A stretch of DNA of 39,247 nucleotides, taken from positions 1 to 39,247 of IMG/VR virus record IMGVR_UViG_3300030397_000188. One strand, written 5' to 3'. The stretch comes from a virus. Lineage: Duplodnaviria > Caudoviricetes. The notes under the pieces were generated by a model that was given only the letters and a program-made list of their open reading frames with translations, made no database searches and was not told the origin of the DNA. The position numbers were made by a program, and so were the translations under genes. Below, piece after piece: positions 27,783 to 35,796 of the stretch (its first letter is position 1; every line of letters begins with the position of its first letter).

Positions 27783-27918
27783 CGGCCACGAAACCCGCCT
27801 TGACCGGCTGACATACCAGCTCCGCTGCGCTGACGTGCTGATCGGCTGGGCGGCAATCCTGGCCTTTCTGGCGCTGATATTCGCCGCCGGGTTTGCGACG
27901 GCAACAATACTACAATGA
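27712..27918 (+). CDS. Possible small membrane protein (start uncertain)
   Basis: Hydrophobic C-terminus VLIGWAAILAFLALIFAAGF fills the gap before the next gene. Confidence 0.35.
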   Translation: MRLGTLHGITAQTLHGTGNARKHNGHETRLDRLTYQLRCADVLIGWAAILAFLALIFAAGFATATILQ

Positions 27919-27927
27919 GGTGACGAA

Positions 27928-30108
27928 ATGACTGCACTTGGCCTTGGCCTCGGCCTTCCCTTTTTGCGTGGCAATACATGGACCCCCGCCGACTGGGCCA
28001 AGTCCGGCACTGCCCCGTTTTGGGACATCTACGGCACTAACTGGCAAGACGTGACGGGCACCACGCCAGCCGAGGACGTGACCGACAGCCTTGCGCTGAT
28101 GATCGACGGCGGGAAGGTGAAGCTGGGGCCTGACCTCAATCTCGGCACTGCAACAGAAAGTGGCTCTTGGACAGAGAGTGGCGGTGTTGTCACCGCGCCG
28201 GGCTCGTCTGGATCAGACAACGTATCATTTGATTTGTCGGAGGCAACGGAACCGAACGCCCATTATCTTGTTGATATTCCCAACACCATGCCTGCCAGCG
28301 GTTTCTACGTTGATTTTGGCGGCGGGACAGGATCGCAGGTCGGAACACTTAGCTCGACCACAACGTCTCTGATTTTGACATGCACATCGGCTGGAACTGT
28401 TCTGCGGGTTGGTCGTTGGGCCGGTTCGCCTTCGGGCACGATTGGGCCAATCACTGTCAAGAAGATCATCGGCTACCACGCATCTCAAGCTGTCACCGCC
28501 CAGCAGCCCATGATCGACGAGATCGACGTTGACGGGTTCACCCACCGCTACGCCTACCACGACCTTGACGACAGCCTGACCGCTACCCTGCCTGACATGG
28601 GCACACAGGCGGTTGTCTGGTCTGCTGACATTGCCGGGATCACCATTGAACCAGAGGCCACCATTGGCGCGGGTTCCTATGAACTGCTGGCTGACAAGTC
28701 CATTCAAGGCGTCAAGGCCGGGGGTATGACGGTTGCGGAGAAATCGCAGCTTATCACCTACCTGCAGCGGAACCACACCCCGGCACGCTATGCGACTGTC
28801 AGGGATGCCATGGACGCGGCAATGCTCAATGCCGTTGATGCGGTGATCTATGACCGGGCCAATGACAGCACGCCGGGAACAGATATTTGGGTGGTGATTG
28901 CAGAGGCCGCGGCGGTCAAAATCTATGACGGATCAGACCCGTCACTGCCACTTGACAAGACTTATGATTTCACCGGCTACACGGTGTCGAGCGTGTTTGC
29001 CTCTGAGCAGTACATCATCGTCGGGACAAACCTTGGCGTGGCCAAGCTGGATCTGGTCAACGACACGGCGGTCAGCATCGAGTACAGCACCGCAACCAGC
29101 CCGGCCATTGTGAACAACGCGGTCAATGATGTTGCTGCAACTGTTCTGGCAGGGGCCGGAACGGACGGAACCACGGGCCTCAATGTGCCAACCATAGCCG
29201 TCGCCACAGACGGGTCAGGCACCTACTCCACTTCCGTCATTCAGGACGATGGAACGGTTTACGATGTGGCCGACGACAGCACCGGAACAGCCGCCAGCGT
29301 GGATATATCCAGCGAGGGGGAATTGGTTGTCGTGCGCTCTGACGGTGCGGTCTATGTTTGGGATGATGTTGGGGCGATTGCCGCAGATGGCACGGCACCC
29401 GATAGCACCCTGACCGGGCTGCTTGGTACGGTGTCGATGGTTGAGGCGGGTGATGACTTTGCCTTTGGGTCTACGGCTGGCCTGACCCTTGTGGATGGGA
29501 CAAGAAAAGCATTCATAACGGACGCATATGCAACGGGTTGGATGGAAGGCGATTGCGAACTTTGTCTGTGCGACGGTCTGACGGATCGCAGTGGGACAGG
29601 AACGGTTGTCACTGACAACGGTGCGGCGGTCATTGCCGAGATTTCAGACGGGGCGGAACAGCAGAAAATCACTGCGTCGGGTGGGTCGATCACTGCGCCT
29701 GTGACCACAGGCGGTGCCATCTATGGATGGGAGGAAATCGCCGGGACGCTGTACTATCGGGATAATTCTGGCTGGGTCGGCGTGTCTGAAAATGGCGGCA
29801 CCCTGACCATCGCAGACGGAACCACGGTGGCTATGCTGAAGTACACCAATGGTGCAGGTCCAAGCGCCGCCCAATACACCGCGTCTGAAACGGATGAAAC
29901 GCCGATCACAACCGACAAATCCGCCTGTTTGCTGAATGGGGCAACAGCGGTGGTCAAAGCGATTGCTGACGATAGCGGGTTGAACCTTCGCCACGTAGGC
30001 CAGAGCGACGGGATTAGCGTGTTCAAGGGGCTGGAACGGGTGACGCAGAACAGCCAAGCGGTGACAACCACAATGGACGCCCACTCAGGAATGGTGGCCA
30101 GCAAGTAG
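27928..30108 (+). CDS. Large beta-rich virion protein, probable head-spike fibre
   Basis: 726 aa T/G/D-rich; N-terminus MTALGLGLGL. Confidence 0.65.
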   Translation: MTALGLGLGLPFLRGNTWTPADWAKSGTAPFWDIYGTNWQDVTGTTPAEDVTDSLALMIDGGKVKLGPDLNLGTATESGSWTESGGVVTAPGSSGSDNVSFDLSEATEPNAHYLVDIPNTMPASGFYVDFGGGTGSQVGTLSSTTTSLILTCTSAGTVLRVGRWAGSPSGTIGPITVKKIIGYHASQAVTAQQPMIDEIDVDGFTHRYAYHDLDDSLTATLPDMGTQAVVWSADIAGITIEPEATIGAGSYELLADKSIQGVKAGGMTVAEKSQLITYLQRNHTPARYATVRDAMDAAMLNAVDAVIYDRANDSTPGTDIWVVIAEAAAVKIYDGSDPSLPLDKTYDFTGYTVSSVFASEQYIIVGTNLGVAKLDLVNDTAVSIEYSTATSPAIVNNAVNDVAATVLAGAGTDGTTGLNVPTIAVATDGSGTYSTSVIQDDGTVYDVADDSTGTAASVDISSEGELVVVRSDGAVYVWDDVGAIAADGTAPDSTLTGLLGTVSMVEAGDDFAFGSTAGLTLVDGTRKAFITDAYATGWMEGDCELCLCDGLTDRSGTGTVVTDNGAAVIAEISDGAEQQKITASGGSITAPVTTGGAIYGWEEIAGTLYYRDNSGWVGVSENGGTLTIADGTTVAMLKYTNGAGPSAAQYTASETDETPITTDKSACLLNGATAVVKAIADDSGLNLRHVGQSDGISVFKGLERVTQNSQAVTTTMDAHSGMVASK

Positions 30109-30120
30109 GAGGTCTGAAAC

Positions 30121-30672
30121 ATGGCGAAGAAACCCAAGGTGGCGGCGAAGGTCAAAGGCCCCAAGAAACCCAAAATCCGGCCTGACAAAAAGCCGAAACT
30201 GGTTGGCAAGCGTCAACCACCGAAGAAACCTGAACAGATCGCCATCCTCAAGAAGGTCAAGCGCAAAACGGAGAAACCTGATATGAGCAACAACGCATTA
30301 AACGTCACCGTCGCGTGTCCGATTGGGATGGTGGATGAAGGGAACCAGTTTGCTCTGACTGTCGGTTATACCGAGGCAGATGTGAACACCTTTGGCGAAC
30401 ACAACCGTATGACGATCGGCGGGAATGACTACTATGTCGCCAACCTCAACGCCCGTGCAACCTTCATGTATGCGCCGCACGCGGATCTGACCGATGATGC
30501 GAAAGAAAAGGGTGCGGATCTGACCAAGGCCAACGCCGCACAGGCTGCGCTTGTCGTATGGGGTGGTGACGGGGAAATCCCCGCACCAGCACCGGACGCG
30601 ATCACCGTCATTGTCCAGCCGATTTACCCCGGTGCTGGTTCCGCAGCTATCGCAATGATGGAAGCGGCGTGA
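30121..30672 (+). CDS. Hypothetical protein with Lys/Pro-rich N-terminal extension (second start at 30283)
   Basis: AGGAGG before 30121 and GGAG before ATG 30283. Confidence 0.7.
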   Translation: MAKKPKVAAKVKGPKKPKIRPDKKPKLVGKRQPPKKPEQIAILKKVKRKTEKPDMSNNALNVTVACPIGMVDEGNQFALTVGYTEADVNTFGEHNRMTIGGNDYYVANLNARATFMYAPHADLTDDAKEKGADLTKANAAQAALVVWGGDGEIPAPAPDAITVIVQPIYPGAGSAAIAMMEAA

Positions 30673-30959
30673 CCCGCCTTATCGCCTTTCTCTGCCTTCT
30701 CTGCAGCCCCGCCTATGGGGCCAACTGCGCCGCGCGTCCTGTGGTGGTCGAGCGGCTTGAAAACATATTTCATGAACGCCTTGAGGTTGGCGGATTGCAG
30801 AAAGCCAACGGTAAACAGTCCATCATGGAAATCTGGGCCAGCGATGAAACCGGCACATATACCGTGATACTGACAGACGTGAACGGCCTGAGTTGCATTG
30901 TGGCGGCGGGGACAGCGTTTTTCAAGGCAAAGGCGGAACCGCCGGGGGTGCCGGGATAG
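30669..30959 (+). CDS. Small secreted protein resembling a conserved Rhodobacteraceae family
   Basis: Signal peptide; CAAR..VVERL...MEIWASDETGTYT...SCIVAAG. Confidence 0.7.
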   Translation: MTRLIAFLCLLCSPAYGANCAARPVVVERLENIFHERLEVGGLQKANGKQSIMEIWASDETGTYTVILTDVNGLSCIVAAGTAFFKAKAEPPGVPG

Positions 30960-30970
30960 TTTTCGTTACG

Positions 30971-31048
30971 CGTAAACAATTCAACCGAATCTAAACGCCC
31001 TGAACGTGAACAAAACGCGGTATATAAGGGGTTTGAAGCGTGAACAAA
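30971..31048. repeat. Three CGT(A/G)AACAA repeats at 34-bp period; att arm-site-like
   Basis: Starts at 30971, 31005 and 31039, at the convergence of the two genome arms. Confidence 0.55.
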
Positions 31049-31331
31049 CGGTAGCCAACTGCCTTCCTTGTGCAGCCCGTTGAGAATGATCGGATGCCGG
31101 TATCTGCGATGTACCATTGGGCGCGGTGTTTGTGTCTGTGGAGGCGGGGGCCTTTGGCTGGTCTTGGCATTTGGCAATCAACTCCCCGATTCTGTCGAAG
31201 TCTATTCTGACAGCGCGCCCCATGCGAACTATGAAGCCGTGCTGTTCCGCAGCGGCACGCAGGCTTGCGGCAGGAACCCCAAGCATCGCGGCGGCTTCAC
31301 TGATTTGCAAGAGATTGGGCGCGGCTGGCAT
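30981..31331 (-). CDS. Excisionase-like HTH protein
   Basis: LLQISEAAAMLGV...LR...RMGRAVRI; last gene of the left operon. Confidence 0.75.
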   Translation of the reverse strand: MPAAPNLLQISEAAAMLGVPAASLRAAAEQHGFIVRMGRAVRIDFDRIGELIAKCQDQPKAPASTDTNTAPNGTSQIPASDHSQRAAQGRQLATVCSRFKPLIYRVLFTFRAFRFG

Positions 31332-31757
31332 TTACTCGGCCTCCCCCTCTCGCGCGATCAGGGCGCGGCGTGGTTCGCTTGCGAAGCCAAACAGGGCCGC
31401 TCTTGCTTTGCGCATGATTTTGTTTTTGACGCGAATACGTTTGACGACTTCGGCCTTGCCGCAGGAATAACTTAGACCGTCTTGCTTGCAGTCTGGATCG
31501 GCGGCGAGTTTACCGACTGGTTTCACGAGGTAGACAGCCCCTCGCCCTGATGGATGGCCAGCCGCAAACAGCATTGCAGCCTGAATGTCTGTGGTGACAT
31601 AGACCTGCGACGGATCGCAAACCATTGAGGCACCGTATAGCGCTGTTGATCGAACGCCGGTCGTGCAGGGCGGCAGGATATGTTGACCGGGCAAGCGATC
31701 AGGAACGCCGCCGTGGAAGAATGGGCCTTTTGTTGCCAGTTCTTGCAGTGGTGTCAT
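31332..31757 (-). CDS. Arr-like (rifampin ADP-ribosyltransferase fold) NAD-dependent ADP-ribosyltransferase
   Basis: GPFFHG, VYVT, GAVYLVKPVG...DPD, SY motifs colinear with Arr; ATGA-coupled start 31757. Confidence 0.75.
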   Translation of the reverse strand: MTPLQELATKGPFFHGGVPDRLPGQHILPPCTTGVRSTALYGASMVCDPSQVYVTTDIQAAMLFAAGHPSGRGAVYLVKPVGKLAADPDCKQDGLSYSCGKAEVVKRIRVKNKIMRKARAALFGFASEPRRALIAREGEAE

Positions 31758-32533
31758 TCCGTATCGCCCCCCTCTGCCATAGCGCGGAGCCAGTCTGACA
31801 TGCCTTGATAGATTGTTTTGTCGTAACGCAGAGCTTTGCAAAATGCGTCCCATGCAGGCTTGAAGTCAGTTTCGCAGTCCTCACTGGTGAATGTATCCAG
31901 CAACACCCGCGCCGCCTCCGCAACAGTCACCGGGCGCTGTAGAAGAGCCACTCCCTCAGCCAGTTCCTGTGGATTTGCGCCACGCTGATGGAGCATCATG
32001 CAGAAGTTGGCGATGTCCTCGAACGTGCCGTCATTTCCTTTAGGAAGGTGCTCATATAGTAACTCTACAAGATACGAAGTTGCACACTGGTACGGGTCGT
32101 CCCAGCCGCTGCGTCCCTTGTGTTCTCTGGCGTGTTGCAGCTTTGCCTTCATCGCATCTGCGAAACGATCAACGGCCTGATCGTCAGGGTGGGTGTCAGT
32201 CACCGGGCGCTGGTCGAGGGCGCTGAGAATGCGACGTTCATAGTCGGCTTGGGCGACAGCTTGGACTTCCTCCGGTTCGAGGTAGTCGCTGACAATCTCG
32301 ATAGCCCAACGGGTGCAGTCTGCATCGTCCGTAAGGTGAAGAAAGCAAAACATTCTCCCTCCTGCACTATCCTCATCGACACTGATTGAGTAGGTGCCGA
32401 TGGAAGTTTTGGCTTGGCAGACAAGACCGTATTCAGTTGGCCATTCCCACTCCAACGCCTTCACCGTCACCTGCTGCGGCGTGCGCTGATCGAATTTGGG
32501 CTGCAGGGCGTTGTAAGTCTCACGGAGTCCCAT
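31754..32533 (-). CDS. Modular early protein with HPDD..VDRFA..MKAKL...DIANF domain
   Basis: 259 aa; common phage domain (possibly MazG-like) plus VKALEW module. Confidence 0.7.
   Translation of the reverse strand: MGLRETYNALQPKFDQRTPQQVTVKALEWEWPTEYGLVCQAKTSIGTYSISVDEDSAGGRMFCFLHLTDDADCTRWAIEIVSDYLEPEEVQAVAQADYERRILSALDQRPVTDTHPDDQAVDRFADAMKAKLQHAREHKGRSGWDDPYQCATSYLVELLYEHLPKGNDGTFEDIANFCMMLHQRGANPQELAEGVALLQRPVTVAEAARVLLDTFTSEDCETDFKPAWDAFCKALRYDKTIYQGMSDWLRAMAEGGDTE
31924..32212. repeat. 16-bp perfect direct repeat CAGTCACCGGGCGCTG
   Basis: Copies at 31924-31939 and 32197-32212, 273 bp apart. Confidence 0.9.
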
Positions 32534-32690
32534 GGTTTTCCTCCCGGATTGAGATCTGCACGTTCGGCATCCTGACCTCGCAGTTGCCGCATTTGACGAA
32601 AGTTTTCAGCGTGCTCATGTCCCAGACGATCTTCATGTGCGTGGAGCCGCAGTCGCAGGTGAACAGGCCGTTGCAGGGTGGGGTGCTCAT
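32520..32690 (-). CDS. Small Zn-ribbon protein
   Basis: CDCG...CGNC; ATGA-coupled start. Confidence 0.65.
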   Translation of the reverse strand: MSTPPCNGLFTCDCGSTHMKIVWDMSTLKTFVKCGNCEVRMPNVQISIREENHGTP

Positions 32691-33448
32691 GCCGCCTCTC
32701 CCATGTCTGCGATGTTGCAAAGGTGCGGTCGGAAGGTGATGGCCACGACCCACGGGTTGTCATACCACGGGGCGCGGTGGGCGTTCAGGCTGTCCCAGAG
32801 GTCGCGGAATGTGGCGCGGGATTCCCAGCACCCTTTGCGATAGCAGGCGGACTGGTTCATCACCGCGCACGTTTCGCATTCGACACCCTCTGCGATGGTG
32901 TCCGGGCCGCTGATATCCTGCAGCCGCTCAACCCGCACGTCGGTCACGTCCAGCGTGATCCGGCTGTCGCTCTTGAACATGAACCTGCTGGGCCGAGCAT
33001 ACCAGCCAGTCACGTTATCGAGGCTGGACGGGCGCACCAAGCCGGGATCAAGGTCAAACAGAACATCGGACGACTGAACGCGCACGAACCGCCTCTCAGG
33101 CTTTCCGGTCTTTGTTAGATCACCCGTCAGATCCCAATGGCCGTGGGCGAAATGGGCTTCTTTCACCCAGAGTCGGTCGCCGGGGGTGTAGGGCAATGCG
33201 CCGATGTGCCTGTTGTATCCACCGTCAGGTCCGTCTGTTCGTTGCCTCGCCCAAAGGCCACCGGGTGCCCAATTGCCAGTCGCTCCAATTGGTGGGTGCC
33301 ACGCCAAAACTTCATCTGCGTCGATTGGGGGTGCCAGTTTCTCCGGCAGCCGCCGCCGCGTTTGGGTCTTCCCGGTTCCGGGATTCTGGATCTCACGCAG
33401 AATGGCGTTGACCATAGGGGCTGAAAAAAGGATCGGGCGGTCAGTCAT
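32687..33448 (-). CDS. Phage ASCH/PUA-like protein
   Basis: RPILFSAPMV.AI...KTQTRR, GDRLWVKE, SRITL.VT.VRVERLQDIS, NPWV motifs. Confidence 0.8.
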   Translation of the reverse strand: MTDRPILFSAPMVNAILREIQNPGTGKTQTRRRLPEKLAPPIDADEVLAWHPPIGATGNWAPGGLWARQRTDGPDGGYNRHIGALPYTPGDRLWVKEAHFAHGHWDLTGDLTKTGKPERRFVRVQSSDVLFDLDPGLVRPSSLDNVTGWYARPSRFMFKSDSRITLDVTDVRVERLQDISGPDTIAEGVECETCAVMNQSACYRKGCWESRATFRDLWDSLNAHRAPWYDNPWVVAITFRPHLCNIADMGEAA

Positions 33449-33605
33449 TGACCTTTTCCTTCCGTGCTTTAGGCCGCAGCGATTTGGCGGGTGCATAGCG
33501 GGGCACCTCCACGCACTTATCGGGCGGCAGTTGCTTTAACTCAGCGTAGGCATGGCACTCGGCCAGGGTGCTGAAACCTATGGCGAGGGCAAAGGCGGGG
33601 ATCAT
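33441..33605 (-). CDS. Small hypothetical protein (54 aa)
   Basis: MIPAFALAIGF...APAKSLRPKARKEKVND; overlaps both neighbours. Confidence 0.6.
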   Translation of the reverse strand: MIPAFALAIGFSTLAECHAYAELKQLPPDKCVEVPRYAPAKSLRPKARKEKVND

Positions 33606-33865
33606 GACCGGCGTGTCCCTGTTGGTAGGCCAGCACGCTCGTATCTCTTCACAATGTCAGATCCGAACGCCTTGAACTCAGCGTGAGCGTCCATTGCCTC
33701 CCGATCATCGCAACCAAAGCCGTGGTAAAAGCCGACGCTGGCCCCGGCGAAATATGCGTCTTCGATTTCAAGGCGCTGTCTATCGGGCAATTCGCTTGGG
33801 TCTTGGTGCCCGTATTGTGCGGCCACAAAGGAGCGGAACCGCTCATAGAAAAACTTCTCGCTCAC
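33602..33865 (-). CDS. Hypothetical protein
   Basis: 87 aa, coupled; EDAYFAGA motif. Confidence 0.7.
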   Translation of the reverse strand: MSEKFFYERFRSFVAAQYGHQDPSELPDRQRLEIEDAYFAGASVGFYHGFGCDDREAMDAHAEFKAFGSDIVKRYERAGLPTGTRRS

Positions 33866-34182
33866 AAGTTCGACTCCATCTGAGAAACAGCGCGGCGCAA
33901 CAGTCCGCCTTTTTCAACGTGGTCGAGCTTCCAGCCTGTGAGCGCTGCTTTCTCTGGTTCTGTCGGCTTGTACCATTCAACACGCGCCGGTTTGTCCGCG
34001 AGAATGTTCTGAGGGACATTGTAGAAAAGGCTTGAACCCATACCGGATTTGCAGAACGGGCACTTATCCATGAACGGCGTAACGCCTGCATCCATATCGG
34101 CAGACACCCAACCCGCGCCGCAACCGTCGCAAAGGTAAACGTTCTTTCTTAGTGGCTTGGGGTCGTTTCGTTCGTCACTCAT
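33862..34182 (-). CDS. Zn-ribbon protein
   Basis: CDGC...GVTPF...CPFC. Confidence 0.72.
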   Translation of the reverse strand: MSDERNDPKPLRKNVYLCDGCGAGWVSADMDAGVTPFMDKCPFCKSGMGSSLFYNVPQNILADKPARVEWYKPTEPEKAALTGWKLDHVEKGGLLRRAVSQMESNL

Positions 34183-34323
34183 TGCTCTTTCCTCTCTCTT
34201 AACCAGTTGAAAAACCTGCGCCCGCCGGGCTGTGAAAGTGGCGCTTTCTGGTAGCTATCCCGGCAGTCAAAACCTTGTTCCGTTGATTTTGTGGCACCAT
34301 TGCCGCGCAGGTTGTTGAACGGG

Positions 34324-34584
34324 TCATGCGTTTGTCCTGAGCCAGTCGCCGATTGCCTTCTGAACTTCACTTGCGGCAACGTTTCGGCTGACAGTTTCGC
34401 GGTAAATGGCGGCAGCTATTTCGTGGTCCGACATTCCGTCCAATGAACCCCTGAAGCCAACTGCGCCTGCGATTTGGCAAAGCCAAGTGTGCAGGTCGGA
34501 TCGGCTCTCCTCGGCCTGACAATGCGGACAAGTGGTCATTTCCTCTCCACAGTCGGGGCATGACGGGATGATGCAAAACGACAT
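34324..34584 (-). CDS. Hypothetical Zn-finger protein
   Basis: CPDC...CPHC; GGAGA RBS. Confidence 0.65.
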   Translation of the reverse strand: MSFCIIPSCPDCGEEMTTCPHCQAEESRSDLHTWLCQIAGAVGFRGSLDGMSDHEIAAAIYRETVSRNVAASEVQKAIGDWLRTNA

Positions 34585-34587
34585 ATT

Positions 34588-34926
34588 TTATCTCTCCAAT
34601 TTGTCCTGTGTGGCTGCGATGTATTCCCGGTCTGAGCCGTAGTGATCGACCCACAATGCTCGGTCGCGGTGAATCGCAATCTTGCTTGTGTCGAAGTCGC
34701 CCTGGTGATGACCCTCACACAAAGGAATGGCCTCGCGGTCTGGCACCTTTTCAAAGCTGTGCCGGTCGCAAATCGGGTGGTGTGCTGCTGTCGGGCTGGT
34801 CTGTTGAAACCCGAACCCTCCGCAGATGCAGCAGGGAAGGCCGCGAACAGCGCGGAGATACGCTGGGTCTTTCTGGGCCTTGCCTGCCTTTTGAAAGGGC
34901 GGGCGCATTGGGGCGATCCGTGTCAT
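34588..34926 (-). CDS. Ref/DUF968-like HNH-type nuclease
   Basis: YL..VRGLPCCIC...AHH...D..AIPLC..HHQG. Confidence 0.8.
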   Translation of the reverse strand: MTRIAPMRPPFQKAGKAQKDPAYLRAVRGLPCCICGGFGFQQTSPTAAHHPICDRHSFEKVPDREAIPLCEGHHQGDFDTSKIAIHRDRALWVDHYGSDREYIAATQDKLER

Positions 34927-35381
34927 GAAAACTCCAACATAGCCTGCACGGCGCGTTCCATGTCCGCCGTTTTCCACTTGTCCAGGAAGCGTTGCAGGAT
35001 AACGTCCAAAACAGCGCTGTAGAGGGATTCAAACTCGGCCTCGTCCATTTTCCCAAACTTGATTGATTTGGCCTTTGCGCGGGGCTGTCCTTCGGGTGTT
35101 GCCCCCATTTCAAAGAACCCTGCCTTAACCGTCACGTATTCGCGGAATTGTTCAAACGTGCATTGCGCGGGGCCGTGCTGCGTTTCGATTGTTGGCCAAT
35201 CGTAGTTGTCATAGGCGACGTGCAGCATGGCGAAGAATTTGCGGTGGAACTTGGCATTCCGGGGGACAGTGACTTTCGCCACAACCCGAACCCCGTGCCG
35301 CAGCTTTTCAAACCATGCCTTCCCGGCCTCGTCGGTCGGAATCAGGCCCGCGCTGGACTTTATGAACGCCAGTTCGGCCAT
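34923..35381 (-). CDS. DUF1367/NinB-like recombination accessory protein
   Basis: PRNAKFHRKFFAML, SIKFGKMDEAEFESLY motifs. Confidence 0.8.
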   Translation of the reverse strand: MAELAFIKSSAGLIPTDEAGKAWFEKLRHGVRVVAKVTVPRNAKFHRKFFAMLHVAYDNYDWPTIETQHGPAQCTFEQFREYVTVKAGFFEMGATPEGQPRAKAKSIKFGKMDEAEFESLYSAVLDVILQRFLDKWKTADMERAVQAMLEFS

Positions 35382-35385
35382 TAGA

Positions 35386-35796
35386 TCAGCACGCAGGGGC
35401 AAACGGGATTTCCGAGTCGAGGTCGTCACCCGGACGGCCCCCACCGCCGTATCCCTCGGGCGATTGGTGTCCGTCATTGCTCTGCTGGCGATCCTGGCCA
35501 CCGCCCAACAGCGTGATTTGGTCAACGTTGCATTGAAGGTAAACCTTGCCGTTGTGTTCGCGCGCGCCGGGGCGTCCGGTGATCGACACGCGGGAACCTT
35601 TGGTCAGGTATGGCCCCAACCCCTCGCCACGCTTGCCCCAGAGTGAGCAATCAAACCACGTCGCGTCACGCTTGTTCCCCTGCTTGTTCTTGCCGTTGTC
35701 TACGGCCACAGAGAACCCGGCCACTGCGTCCCCGCCTTGAGTGCGACGGATTTCGGCGTCACGACCTATCACGCCTGAGATAACGAGCATTTGCAT
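35386..35796 (-). CDS. ssb: Single-stranded DNA-binding protein
   Basis: GVIGRDAEIR, ATWFDCSLWG, YLTKGS, DDLDSEIPF tail. Confidence 0.95.
   Translation of the reverse strand: MQMLVISGVIGRDAEIRRTQGGDAVAGFSVAVDNGKNKQGNKRDATWFDCSLWGKRGEGLGPYLTKGSRVSITGRPGAREHNGKVYLQCNVDQITLLGGGQDRQQSNDGHQSPEGYGGGGRPGDDLDSEIPFAPAC

Noticed and set aside
22621-30108. Diversity-generating retroelement or invertible tail cassette
   Set aside because: No reverse transcriptase or invertase ORF, and no template/variable repeat pair noticed by eye
31002-31016. Alphaproteobacterial LexA box (GAAC-N7-GAAC)
   Set aside because: Only GAAC-N7-AAAC and not upstream of any gene start
31332-31757. Calling this a bona fide rifampicin-resistance gene arr
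   Set aside because: NAD-site motifs match but the rifamycin-binding loop differs; resistance cannot be claimed from sequence
34179-34379. CDS in the gap between two Zn-finger genes
   Set aside because: Two competing short frames (34179-34379 and 34199-34327) with no motif; cannot choose between them
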